Shown: positions 50,401-61,889 of the stretch, one piece after another
How positions within the stretch are numbered: the first letter of the stretch is position 1
Layout of the letters: each line of letters begins with the position of its first letter
Assembly (NCBI RefSeq): GCF_902713615.1
Contig: NC_052150.1
Span: 205,327,353 to 205,391,352 of the forward strand
Direction: 5' to 3'
DNA: 64,000 nt
Source: Scyliorhinus canicula
Taxonomy: Eukaryota
Made by a program: the position numbers and the translations under genes
Notes under the pieces: generated by a model
The model's database searches: none
Told to the model about the DNA's origin: nothing
What the model saw: only the letters and a program-made list of their open reading frames with translations

Positions 50401-52194
50401 CTGCCACAAGGAATATTTGAGGTGATTAGTTCAGCTGCACTTAAAAGAGAGCTAGATAAGAACATGAGGAGGAAAGGAATAGAAGCGTGTTACAGGATCG
50501 TAGAACTGTTACAGTGCAGAAGGAGGCCAATCGGCCCATCGTGTCTGTAACATCTCTCCGAATGAGCATTGCGGCTTAAAATTATATTGATAGGATGAGA
50601 GAAAATAAATAGAATGGGGGGGGGGGGGGCGCAAGCCTAGCGCAAGCCCTGATGCAGATCGGTAAAGCAGAATAGCTTGCTTCTGAGCTGAATATTCTAT
50701 GTAAGTCCAAGTAACGCTATAAAAAACATTTTAATAGAATTGGAATAAAGCAGGGATAAAGAGAAAAAAAAAAAATCACGTGAGAGGTACTGTGGAATGA
50801 GCCGTAACCTGCTTAAAACAATATCTGGGGAGGCTGCATTGCAAAAGGAACAAAAAAAACCCTTTGCATTTCAAGTTAATATTTAATATTAATAATTTGA
50901 GTATTAGATTTGAGCATGATGATAAATGGTAATAGTGTAATGACATGAAGGTTGCTTCAATGGATCTTTAGATGCTGCGAATACTAGGGTTTCTTAGCCA
51001 GAGGACTGTTCATCAAAGTCTGCCAGAGTTATTTTGCAGTCAACATCTGCCAGATCACAAGAAATAACTTGCCCCCTCGTCGATATCAGGCTGCGAAATG
51101 ATTAATGAAGCAGCCCATGTAAACATTTTGAACTATAATGTAAAGATGTACAGTTAATGATTACACACATCTTGTCGTGGTTTTGCAGTCGCTGATATTC
51201 TGTTTAATTTCAGCGAAATTTTAAAAAAGTGTTTCAGTCGTTCATGGGATGTGGGCGTCGCTGGCTGGCCCAGCGTTGGTTGCCCCTCCCGAATGGCCCT
51301 TGAACAGAGTGGCTTGCGAGGCCATTTCAGTGGGGGGGGGGGGGGGGGGGGCAGTTAAGAACCAACCACATCGGAGTGTGGGTCTGGAGTCACATGGATG
51401 CCAGACCAGGTAAGGATGGTAGATTTCCTTCCCTGAAGGACATTAGGCTTAAAGGAAACTACAAAATATACCTATGCATGAGGTAAAAGAACCGTGCAAA
51501 TACAGTGGAGTGAGGATACCTCTGCAAGTGTCTGCAGAGGCTTCCATTTAATGCTTGCGTAATTGATTTTAATTATGCGTCTTCTTTAGCCTTCAATTAT
51601 TGCGCATCACAGTCTTCATTTCGATTAAGTCTGAATTAAATTAGTCTCAAATGTAAAGCTGTACACCGAATGCTAATCTTTCTCACGTAACGGAACTGGC
51701 GAGCTGATTAAGTACAGTTTGTGCAAGTTGTTTTCTTTTCCAACTGTCTAACAGCGTTGTTCCCACCAGATGATCTGTCGTGAGCGGGTAGGAAATCCTG
51801 ATCAATGCACATCATTCAGTGAAAGAATGACAACGGACACCACATCCATGCTCTACAAGCATCCACCTGTACTGATGGTGTCTTTTTAAAGGTAGTTCAG
51901 TTTACCCCGGCTCCTTCGCTTTCCTCTTCTTAATGGCAGGTGATGATTCAGAGGCCTTCACCTGCTTGCAGGCGCTTTCATCTTTCTTCAGACAGAGTAG
52001 GTGTGGATTTGGTGGTTTATTATATAAGCAAATGAGGAACCTTTTGCCAGAAAAGTGTCTGGCTCCCTCGTGTCTCTGGGCCTCTTTTACAGAGAGTTTG
52101 AATATGTCTGGAGAGTTCACTGTGGTTTCGATGACTGACAACCCCCACCCCAACCGCCGCCAAACACGTTTTAAAAAATATACACGGGGAAAAC

Positions 52195-52730
52195 TTGTAT
52201 TTATGTAAAGCCTTACATCCCTCAGAAACGGCTCTAAGCTCTTTGAGAAGACTTGCATGTATACAGTGCTGTTCACAAGTACAAGCACGGTTTCTGAAAG
52301 GTAGTCACGGCTGTTGTGTAGGAAATGCACAGCAAGCTCCCACAAACAGCATTGCGATAATGATCAACTATTTTTGTGATGTTATTGAGGGATAAATATT
52401 TGGCCAGGGGATTAGGGGATAAGTCACCCGCTCTTTTTCAAAATAGTGCCAGAGGATCTTTTATTTGAAAACGAAAATCATTTATTGTCACGAGTCGGCT
52501 TCAATGAAGCTACTGTGAAAAGCCCCTAGTCGCCACATTCCGGCGCCTCTCTGGGGAGGCTGGTGGGGGAATCGAACCGTGCTGCTGGCCTGCTTGGTCT
52601 GCTTTAAAAGCCAGCGATTTAGCTCAGTGAGCTAAACCAGCCCCAGGCCTTGGTTTAACATCTCATCTGTAAAAGGAGACCTCAGACAGTGCCGTACTCC
52701 TTCGGCCCTGGAGTGTCAGCCTTTAAGTAC
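52195..52730 (-). mobile_element. Deu-type SINE remnant with a younger SINE nested at 52465-52645 (another Deu-type copy at ~62590-62990+)
   Basis: GTTATTGAGGGATAAATATTTGGCCAGG, AAATAGTGCCAGAGGATCTTTT and GGTTTAACATCTCATCTG. Confidence 0.7.
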
Positions 52731-54789
52731 ATTTGGCTAAAGCAGTTTCCACTTGAGCCCTGACCGCTAGGCCCAACATTTCCGCTAAATTTTGCCCCTT
52801 TGAAGTGTCTTGTGACATGTTTGCTGCATCAAAGGTGCTATATAAATGCAACCTGTTGCCGAGTAGGTCGCCTTTCACTCACTGCTAATGACACTCTGCA
52901 TCTGCTGTGAGGAGTTACAGAAAGGTGGCGACTTTGGGCGGGATCTTTTCCTGTTCCCACAGTCGGCGGCTTGAAGGTGGGACTGGGAAGAAATTCTGAA
53001 ATGAGGGCAGAAGCATTCCCACCTCCTGGTGATCCTGCCGGGAGGGAATCTTCACTGGCAAAGGCAGCAGTGGGTAGCTAATGCAAACAAATAAGCAGCT
53101 AAATATGGAGAGGCCACAGGCATTGTCATGGTAGCAGAAGGGGCTCCCTGCTGAGGCCAAAGCCCAGGAGGGGCCTGAAGTTGGAGGCCACCTGGAGCTC
53201 TCTCCCCTCCATCGGCAGCACCCGTCTCTGCCGGTACCTTGCTGACGGAGCCCATATGATCTCAGTTGTCCCTTGTTGGTGATGATCTATTATTGTGGGT
53301 CAGTGTGAGTCACATTGCACTGCCTTAGTAGTTTTGTCACCCTAACCAAACGCCGTTGCAGATTTGATAGCTCCAGGTAAGGCAGTAACTGAAGTTTGAG
53401 AGAGAAAGGCGTCTTGTAAATGATCCGAAAGAGCCCACAGGGAATAGTTTCCTGTGGTTGATTTTTTTTTTAGAAGCTATGTACAGCTGGATAAATGTCA
53501 GTAAGAAACGAATTCAGTGACGACTGTTATTTCATTTTGGCAATAAATTCAGTTTCCCCTATCAATAGATCCTTACATTATTGGAATGTGTGTGATGTCA
53601 CCCTTACATACACCATGGCAACGCACAAGGTAAATCTCATTGTAATGTGGTGAAAATAATTAGAACTGCACTTACTTGTTGCAGCTTATGTAATATTAAC
53701 CTATTCAACCTGTATCTCACTCCCATCCACCTACTCGATATCTGCGTTAAATACAGTAACCGCCTTATTCGCTGGTAATCACTTGTTGGCAAATATGTAG
53801 CCCCATTATTATTCCTTTATCATGAACAGTGATCAGTAATGTGAAATTATATTCTTGCAATAAAGGATGTACAACTGTTAACCTGTGAAGAAAACACCAG
53901 AATTACAATAAAACTTAATACGCACCGCTCACAATATAGTGCATCAATAAAAATTGATACCCTGCAGATGTGCTCATAGCCCTTCCAAGGAATTGTCCAA
54001 TATTGTCATTATATGTCATCCTATTGTTACTATTATTTTCACATTCTATTTGAATAATATTTCACACTTGCTATGACACAGGCATGAAAATATCATTTGT
54101 TCCCCTCACCACAACTGCATTCTGCGTGAACTACAGCGCTGTCATCAAAGGGACTTTACAAACAGCCCGTGGGGAAAGACGTTCCCAACATGGTAGGACG
54201 TGACTATCTGTAATTACAATACAGAGTGTAACCTACTGCAGAAGTAAGAAGCCTATCATTTGACAATGACCTAGTGCTAAATTATTGAATGAGATTGATC
54301 AGCGCATTGACTTTAAAACTTGAGACTTATGAGAAAGGGCAGCGCGGTTGCACAGTGGTTAGCACTGTAGCTTCACAGCACCAGGGTCTTGGGTTTGATT
54401 CCGGCTTGGGTCACTGTCTGTGCAGAATCTACACATTCTCCCCGTGTCTGCGTGGGTTTCCTCCGGGTGCTCCGGTTTCCTCCCACAAGTCCCAAAAGAC
54501 ATGATGTTAGGTAATTCGAACATTCTGAATTCTCCCTCCATGTACACGAACAGGCGCCAGAATGTGGCGACTAGGGGCTTTTCACAGTAACTTCATTGCA
54601 GTGTTAATGTAAGCCTACTTGTAACAATAAAGGTTATTATTATTATTAAAGAGTATGGGAGTGGAACTAATTGGATAATTCTTTCAGAGTCACCACTTCA
54701 TGATGTACCAAATGATCTTGGTCTGTGCCATCTCATTATATAATTTGAAGCCCAATGCTTGTGAAGAAGTTCTTTTTGGCATCACCCCT

Positions 54790-55056
54790 GCGGAACCTAG
54801 TTCGAATTCTTAAGATTATGCTCGCTTTGTTCCATACTGTCAGGATGCACTTTCGGAGACTTCATTAATAAACAGAAAAATTATTTATTAATTAAGAATT
54901 GTACAGCAGCCACATGGCTGTAACTAGCTCCCTACATGTCTCTTGCCTGAGGGAGCTCCACCCCCTGGGGTCATTCCTCATTCTAAGTCCCTATTGGACA
55001 CTCAGGCCATGTGACCCATAATCTGCTGTGTTGCCCTTAAAGGGAGTATCACCACA
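54790..55056 (-). mobile_element. Possible short solo LTR
   Basis: TG...GTATCACCACA termini, with minus-strand AATAAA (~54885). Confidence 0.35.
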
Positions 55057-55128
55057 TTCCTCCCGCTTTAACTCCATTATACAATCTTCAATAACTAAGT
55101 TACTCAATCCTAAATTGTGACTAAACAC

Positions 55129-55799
55129 GGGCGCGTTCTCCGCTCCCCACACTGAGTGGGAGAATCGCGGGAGGCCCCCCCGACAAATTTCACGCCCCCC
55201 TGGCTCCCCCCGCGATTCTCCCCCCCGCCCCGCTCGGAAGAATCGCTGCTCGCCGTTATTCACTGCGAACGGCAATTCTCCGACCCCGATGGGCCGAGCG
55301 GCCGGCTGTTCACGACTGTTTCAGAACGGCAGCAAACACACCTGGTCGCTGCCGTCGTGAAACGGGCGCCAGATGCCCGTTTGGGGCTTTGAGGGGGCCG
55401 TTTGGGGCAAGAACACCATGACTGTACTCGGGAGGGGACAGGCCCGCGATTGGTGTCCACCGATCGTCAGGCCGGCGTCCAAATCGGACGCACTATTTCC
55501 CCTCCGCCGCCCCGCAAGATCAAGCCGCCACGTTTTGTGGGGCGGCTGTGGGGAAAGACGGCCACCGCGCATGCGCGGGTTCGTGCCGTCAGTGTCGTGA
55601 CGTCAGCCGCGCATGCGCGGGTTGGAGCCGGCCAACCTGCGCATGCGCGGCTGACATCATTAGGCGCGCCGGTCGCGTCATTCTCGGCGCGCCGGGAGGG
55701 GAGAATAGGGGTCGAGGAGCGGCCTCCGAGACCATCGTGAAACTCGGCCGAGTTCATGACGGCCCTCCCGATTTTTCCCGGGAGCGGAGAATTCCGCAT
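55129..55799. mobile_element. GC-rich Harbinger-type MITE
   Basis: TIRs GGGCGCGTTCTCCG / CGGAGAATTCCGCAT; CpG-dense and non-coding. Confidence 0.8.
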
Positions 55800-55827
55800 A
55801 TATGTGAGTTGGACAATTGTAACTCGA

Positions 55828-58720
55828 GGACGCGATTCAACGGTACCGTTTCTAAGTGTCATTTTGCACGTGTTTGGCATGGTGTTTCGCAATGGCTGCA
55901 TTGGTGAGATGGCGGCCTATATTCAATGGCACTTGGTGTCGAAAATGAGCCCCCACGAGCTTCTCTCCATTTCTGGCTGTATTGTTGTCTGATTCAGCTG
56001 ACTCGCACCACAGCTTCTTGCCGCTGCTTTTAAACGCTCGCTCCACTCCCAGTCAACAAACCACAGCATGGCAGCGCGCAGCCTTGCTCCTCGCTTTGGG
56101 GATGCCAACCTGCCAGACTTCACGAGGCTGAAGATGAGAGATGGACTATCTTGTTCCTCCGCAGTGGTCAGAGGTCCAGAAGCAGGGTCAACAGTACCGC
56201 CTGGGTGGCAGTGGCAGCGGAAGCATGGCCAGGAGGACCGCCATCCAATCTCAGAAGAAGATCAATGACCTCCACCACACTTCAAGGCAACGTTACCACC
56301 TCTCTCCTGGCACCAGTTCTGACAGCAACCCCTCAAATCCCCAATGCCACCCACCCCGCTGCCCCACTGATCACTCGCTGACTCCTTGCATTTTCCCCAC
56401 ATACGACCTTCATGCTTGTTCCTCAGAACCCCTGCCACCCACCAGCACAACCCCTTGATGTCCAGGTGCAGTGCCCACATATGCCACCTGCTATCCTGAC
56501 CCATCAAGCATACGTCTTGCAATGACCTCTCTTTGTCCCCGCAGGAGAAGAGAACCCATAATAAGCGGGAAAGAGCCAAGACGGTGGGGTGGAGTCCCAG
56601 AGATCCAATGAGTAATGGGCCCTGGAGATCACGGAGTTGATGGAGGAGAGAGCAGTCTCTGACAGCGAGGTTGGCCTGTGCCACCGAGGTGAAGATCCAT
56701 TGCCCCTTCACCCAGATGACCTGTCTCAAATGAGTAGTTCAAGTCAGACAAAACGATCGTTCCCTTTTTACTGACAACATTTATATTGTCTTGCAGGATC
56801 TCCATCTAATGAGGCTGTGCCATCCTAGTGGACAGGCGTCTGGGGCACAATTTGCCGAGCATCAGACTGTTGCTGATACACATCAGGTGGAAGCTGAAAC
56901 ATCCATGGGAGAGAGCAGTCGGAGGTCTGTTGCCGAGCAGTCATTGCCGAGCCTCTGGACCAGGATCTCCCAGAGCTGATGCAGATGATAGGCCAGAGCT
57001 GTGACATTCAGGTGGGGATGTCAGGTACATTCCAGCGACTACATAGCCGATTGGAGGAGTCCCAATGGCACCGAGGCAAACAGTACTAGGGTGGCGATCA
57101 TCTTGGAAAGCCTGGAGCATGCCGTCTGCATCCTGAGTGGTGGTGCCCAGGGCATGGCTCAGTCTGTGATGATCATGGCTGAGGTCCTTGGCATCATGTC
57201 ACAGTACGGTATGGCGGCACGGTAGTTAACAGTGGTTAGCACTGTTGCTTCACAGCTCCAGGGTCCCAGGTTCGATTCCTGCTTGGGTCACTGTCTGTGC
57301 AGAGTCGGCACGTTCTCCCCGTGTCTCTTTGGGTTTCCTCCGGGTGCTCCGGTTTCCTCCTACAAGTCCCGAAAGACGTGCTTGTTAGGTGGATTGGATA
57401 TTCTGAATTCTCTCTCCGTGTACCCGAACAGGCGCCAGAGTGTGGCAAGTAGGGGATTTTCACAGTAACTTCATTGCAGTGTTAATATAAGCCTACGTGT
57501 GACAATAATAAAGATTATTATTATTATGATGTCCCAGTCACTGAGGGAAGTATCCCAGATGCAGGTGGACATTGCCGAGGCACTCCAGAGCGTGGGCCAG
57601 TCACTGAGGAGCATCGCTGAGGGCGTCAACACAATAGTGCAGGCAATGGGGAGCCACCAGGACTGGCACAGCCAAATGACTCAGAGGCCTCTGAAGCTCA
57701 TTCCAGCTGCCCTTCCATCCCATGGCTTCCCCCTGGCCCCTGGTGCACCGTCAAGGAGGAGAAAGCACTGGTCGCCAACCTGGAGTCTTCCACCAAGGAG
57801 ACGACGGCGGTCTCTGGTGCTTCCCTTCCTCTAGATATCAGCACATCTCAAGGACAGCAGTAAGTCGGCTTGGGCCCTCCGGCTCCGGGTCCTCTAGAGG
57901 ACGTCCGTCAAGGGCATCAAGGATTGCAGATAAAGCACAAGGCTGCTCCCACCTCTGATGTGCATCCTGGGGACACACCCAGATGTAGCAGTAGACCACG
58001 AAAGATCAAGAAGATTGAGGAGCACTGAGTGGACACAGGGAGGTGGGGGGGGGGGGGGGGGGGGGGTCATTATCTGTACCTGCAGGGAATGGAAATGCCA
58101 AATGTTCACTATTGACGCATGTAACACCTGATACATGTGAAGCCATAGTCACATTAATCGTCACAACGGGCCTGTCTGCACCCCCACTCCCTGTTGCCCT
58201 CCGCTCCCCCCACCCCCCTCTCCCCTGGGCAGAGTGGTCTCAGAGTCAGACTTTTGCAGAAACTGAGGATCACCAGCCAGAGCTTTCCTCACAGTGAGTT
58301 ATCATCACCCTCCTGCTTTGTATAGTCACCCACTGACAGTGCTGACAGAGGCCCATCGCCCTGGAGTGATATTGCACAGACGCTTGGGAGATGGAACAGG
58401 GTTGTCAGGTACAGAGCAGTGTTGCGTGGAGGGGCTGGTGCGATTGGGGTGAGGAGGGAAATGGAGGAGGGGGGGGGGGGTTGAGCTGATGGATATAGCC
58501 CAACACGTCTTACTGGGGTGGTCCTCGAAAATGCTGGAATTGCCTAGTGTCCCAGGATGTAGCTGTCAAGTATGCCCCCAGGGTAGAGGGTACAGATGTT
58601 CATGATACGGAGACGGTGGTCACACACAATGTGAACATTCAGGGGGTGAAACTCCTTATTGTTAATAAAGGGCAGCACTTCCTGATGCCACAGTGTGTAC
58701 ATTAATCCTCCTGGATCAAA
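55828..58720. mobile_element. Decayed Harbinger transposon (Myb/SANT gene +, transposase fragment -)
   Basis: MAARSLAPRFGDANL and RRTAIQSQKKINDLH (SANT). Acceptors TTTGTCCCCGCAG (~56544) and TGTCTTGCAG (~56796). Minus strand FINNKEFHPLNVHIVCDHRLRIMNICTLYPGGILDSYIL. Confidence 0.8.
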
Positions 58721-58965
58721 AATGTAATAGGAAAGATGAAAGAAAGCGATAATGAGGGAATAAACAGGAAACAAACAGGAGGTATCCTTCCAATAAATAA
58801 AGCCTCCCAATAAAAGTGTTTATGTTTAAACACACAAGCCTCAAGATCTCGTCAAAGAGCCATCACCACTGCAACATACAAAAAACCCATATTAGCTACA
58901 TAATATGGCATGATGTCATAATATAAAACTTTGGTAGTGGATCAAGTTTAATCCCCAGAATTATT

Positions 58966-59674
58966 GGGCGGGATTCTCCCAACGGGCGGCTAAGTGCCGA
59001 CGCCGGAGTAAAAACGGGAGGTGGATTGGCGAAGCTAAATTGCCCCTTAATTGGAATTTTTTAATGAATTTCTTTTTAAAAACAAGATGAAATAACTGAC
59101 AGTGCTGCCTGATGCCTGAACTCGGCATCGCGGGGTCCGCACATGCACAGTTGGGATGGCGCCAACTAGCGCATGCGTAGTGGACTTCTTCCCTTCGGTG
59201 GCCCCGCTGCCAAATGGCGCAGGGCTACAGGAGCCGGCACGGAGGAAAGGAGGCCGGGGGGCACAGAGGCTGGCTCAGCCGATCGGTGGGCCCTGATCGC
59301 AGGCCAGGCCACTACAGAGGCCCGCCCCCAGGGTCGGACCCCCCTCCCCTCCACCCCCCACCCACCCCCACAGCCCTCCCCCGGGTTCTTCAAGGCCGAG
59401 GTTCCGCCGGCTCAGAGGATGTTTGAACGGCGCCGGCGGGACTCGGCTTTTTGATGACGGGCGCTCGGCCCATCCGGGCCGGAGAATTGACGCGCCGGCC
59501 CGGAGCCAGAGAGTCGGCGCATACCCCGACCGGCACCGCGTCGACCACGCCGGTGTCAATGGTGCTGAATTGTGTCCCGGCGCCGCGTCGCCCACGCCGG
59601 TGTCGATGGTGCCGAATTGCGTCCCGGCGCCGCGCCGATTCTCCGACCCGGCAGGCGGTCGGGGAATTCTGCCC
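58966..59674. mobile_element. GC-rich Harbinger-type MITE with 3-bp TSD ATT
   Basis: ATT|GGGCGGGATTCTCCC ... GGGGAATTCTGCCC|ATT. Contains a ~48-bp tandem duplication at ~59535-59635. Confidence 0.85.
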
Positions 59675-60165
59675 ATTGCCTCCAAGACAGGCTCCTGTCG
59701 TATCCAATAGGCATGGAGAGACGATCCGCAGTAATTTGTTTTTTCATGTCTTGACAGTTCCTTCACAATCGTGGTCTGTCACACGTGCAGGAATGGTGGT
59801 TATAGTCCCCTGTTTCTGGTACTAAGGTCAGGTGATAAAGTTTCTTCTCTTTCCAGTAACTCAATTCAGAATCTTTATCATTCATCATTTTATTATATCG
59901 GTGCTGGTGCTTCTCTCTTCATGTTACTATTTCAGCAATCTTGTTCTTCTCTGTTTCTTTCCCTGTCTGAATTGCTGATTCTGCTGTAAATATCAATGTT
60001 TTTACCTCTTTAGTTAATTTCTTATTGTCGAGCTTCTTCAAGCTCTTATTCCCACGATTCAATTCTTCACTGGACGTGTCTCATTAATGTCTCCTTCTTT
60101 TCAACTTCATTTTGTACATTCTGGCAAAACTTTTTCAGGTTTTCTGTCAGTTATTTCATCTTGTT

Positions 60166-60353
60166 TTTAAAATAAATGTTCATTAAAAAATTCCAATGAA
60201 GGGGCAGTTTAGCGTCGCCTGCACATCCTTGGGTTGTGGGGGTGAGACCCACGCAGGCACGGGGAGAAAGTGCAAACTCCACAGTCACTCGAGGCCAGAA
60301 TTGAACCCGGGGCCCTGGATCTGTGAGGCAGCAGGGCTAGCCACTGTGCCGCC
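60166..60353 (-). mobile_element. Short A-tailed V-SINE with 10-bp TSD
   Basis: TCATCTTGTT at 60156-60165 and 60354-60363. Confidence 0.85.
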
Positions 60354-60934
60354 TCATCTTGTTGTTTGAATGTCTTCTCGAGAATATTTTGCTGATTCGT
60401 CTTTATGTTCAATAATTCCTGGTTTCTTTTGAAGTTCTTACTGGATACATGCATTTCACAAATGGAACCTTCTTTTCTACTTGTCTTAACTTCAGCCAAA
60501 CCCTTTTGGCTTCACTGTTGGTTCGTCTGTCTCTGACAAAGTGATGGTTCGTTTCTATTTTACTCTTCCCTTGTTGCCTTTCTTGTTGCGTCTTTCATTG
60601 CCCGACTGGATTCTTTCAGTGCCACCTTCCGAGATCATTCATTTCCTTCCTTCTGGGATCTTCTTTGTCCACTTTCTGGGATCCTCTATTGCCTCCTCTT
60701 TCAGGTCTTTGCTGTCTTTGTATATTTTCTGACAATTACCCTCTATCTGGGGTTGGTCTTTCGTCTCTGTTTAGAATTTCTGTGCCTCCTATCTGAGGTC
60801 TTCTTTTACTCTCTTTCTGGGATCTTCTAGTGCATCCTTTCTGAGGTCTTTGTTGCCTCTTCCTTGAGGCCTTCATTGCTTATGGACCACACAGACTCAC
60901 CCAGCAAAGAAAATCGTTTCTCTCCATCCTATCT

Positions 60935-61778
60935 AAGAACAAAAAACCAAAGAAAAGTACAGCACAGGAACAGGCCCTTTGGCCCTCCAAGCCTGCACCA
61001 ACCATGCTGCCCATCTAAACTAAAATCTTCAACACTTCCGGGGTCCGTATCCCTCTATTCCCATCCTATTCATGTATTTGTCAAGATGCCCCTTAAACAT
61101 CACAGGCGGGATTCTCCAATCCCCCTGCCGGGTCGGAGAATCGCCGGGGGGGGGCGGCATGAATCCCGCCCCCGCCGGCTGCCGTTAGAGCAGGCCCTTA
61201 CTGGCGGGACCTGGCGGCGCGGGCGGCCTCCTGGGTTCTCGGGGGGGGGGAGGGTGCGGGGGGATCTGGCCACGGGAGGTGCCCCAATGGTGGCCTAGCC
61301 CGCGATTGGGGCCCACCGATCTGCAGGCGGGCCTGTGCAGTGGGGACACTCTATTCTTCTGCACCGGCGGCTGTAGCGGTCCGCCATTGCCGGTGCGGAG
61401 GCGAAGCCCTCTGCGCATGCGTTGGGATGATGCCACCACACGCTGGCGCTCCCATGCATGCGCCAACTCGAGCCGGCAGGTGGAGGCCCTTCGTCACCGA
61501 TTGGCGTGGCGCCAAGCCCCTTCCCTGTTGTCGAGCACGGCGCAAACCACTCCGGGGCCGGCCTAGCCCATGAAGGTGCGGAGGATTCCGCACTTTTGGG
61601 GCAGCCCGACGCCGGAGTGGTTCACGCCACTCCTTCCCACCGGAGTTGCCCGCCCAGCCGATTACGGCAGGATCCCGCATCGCTATCGTCCCTGCTTCCA
61701 CCACCTCCTCCGTCTGCGAGTTCCAGGCACCCACTACCCTCTGTGTGAAAAACTTGCCTCATACATCTCCTCTAAAAT
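60935..61778 (-). mobile_element. CR1 3' tail split by a GC-rich MITE (61104-61680)
   Basis: AAGTACAGCACAGGAACAGGCCC...CCCTTAAACATCAC | AGGCGGGATTCTCC...GGATCCCGCAT | CGCTATCGTCCCTGCTTCCACCACC...CTCTGTGTGAAAAACTT. Confidence 0.85.
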
Positions 61779-61889
61779 CTAATCCACTAATCATCTAAAA
61801 TACCTAATTTAGATCACAATTCGTCTTCCATATTCAAATGAATGCAAGGCTTGCCAATGCAACCAGCCATCATAATTTTGTTATCATTA

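Noticed and set aside
51902-52345. 147-aa minus-strand ORF as a host gene
   Set aside because: Its first third derives from a Deu-type SINE remnant, and no recognisable domain is present.
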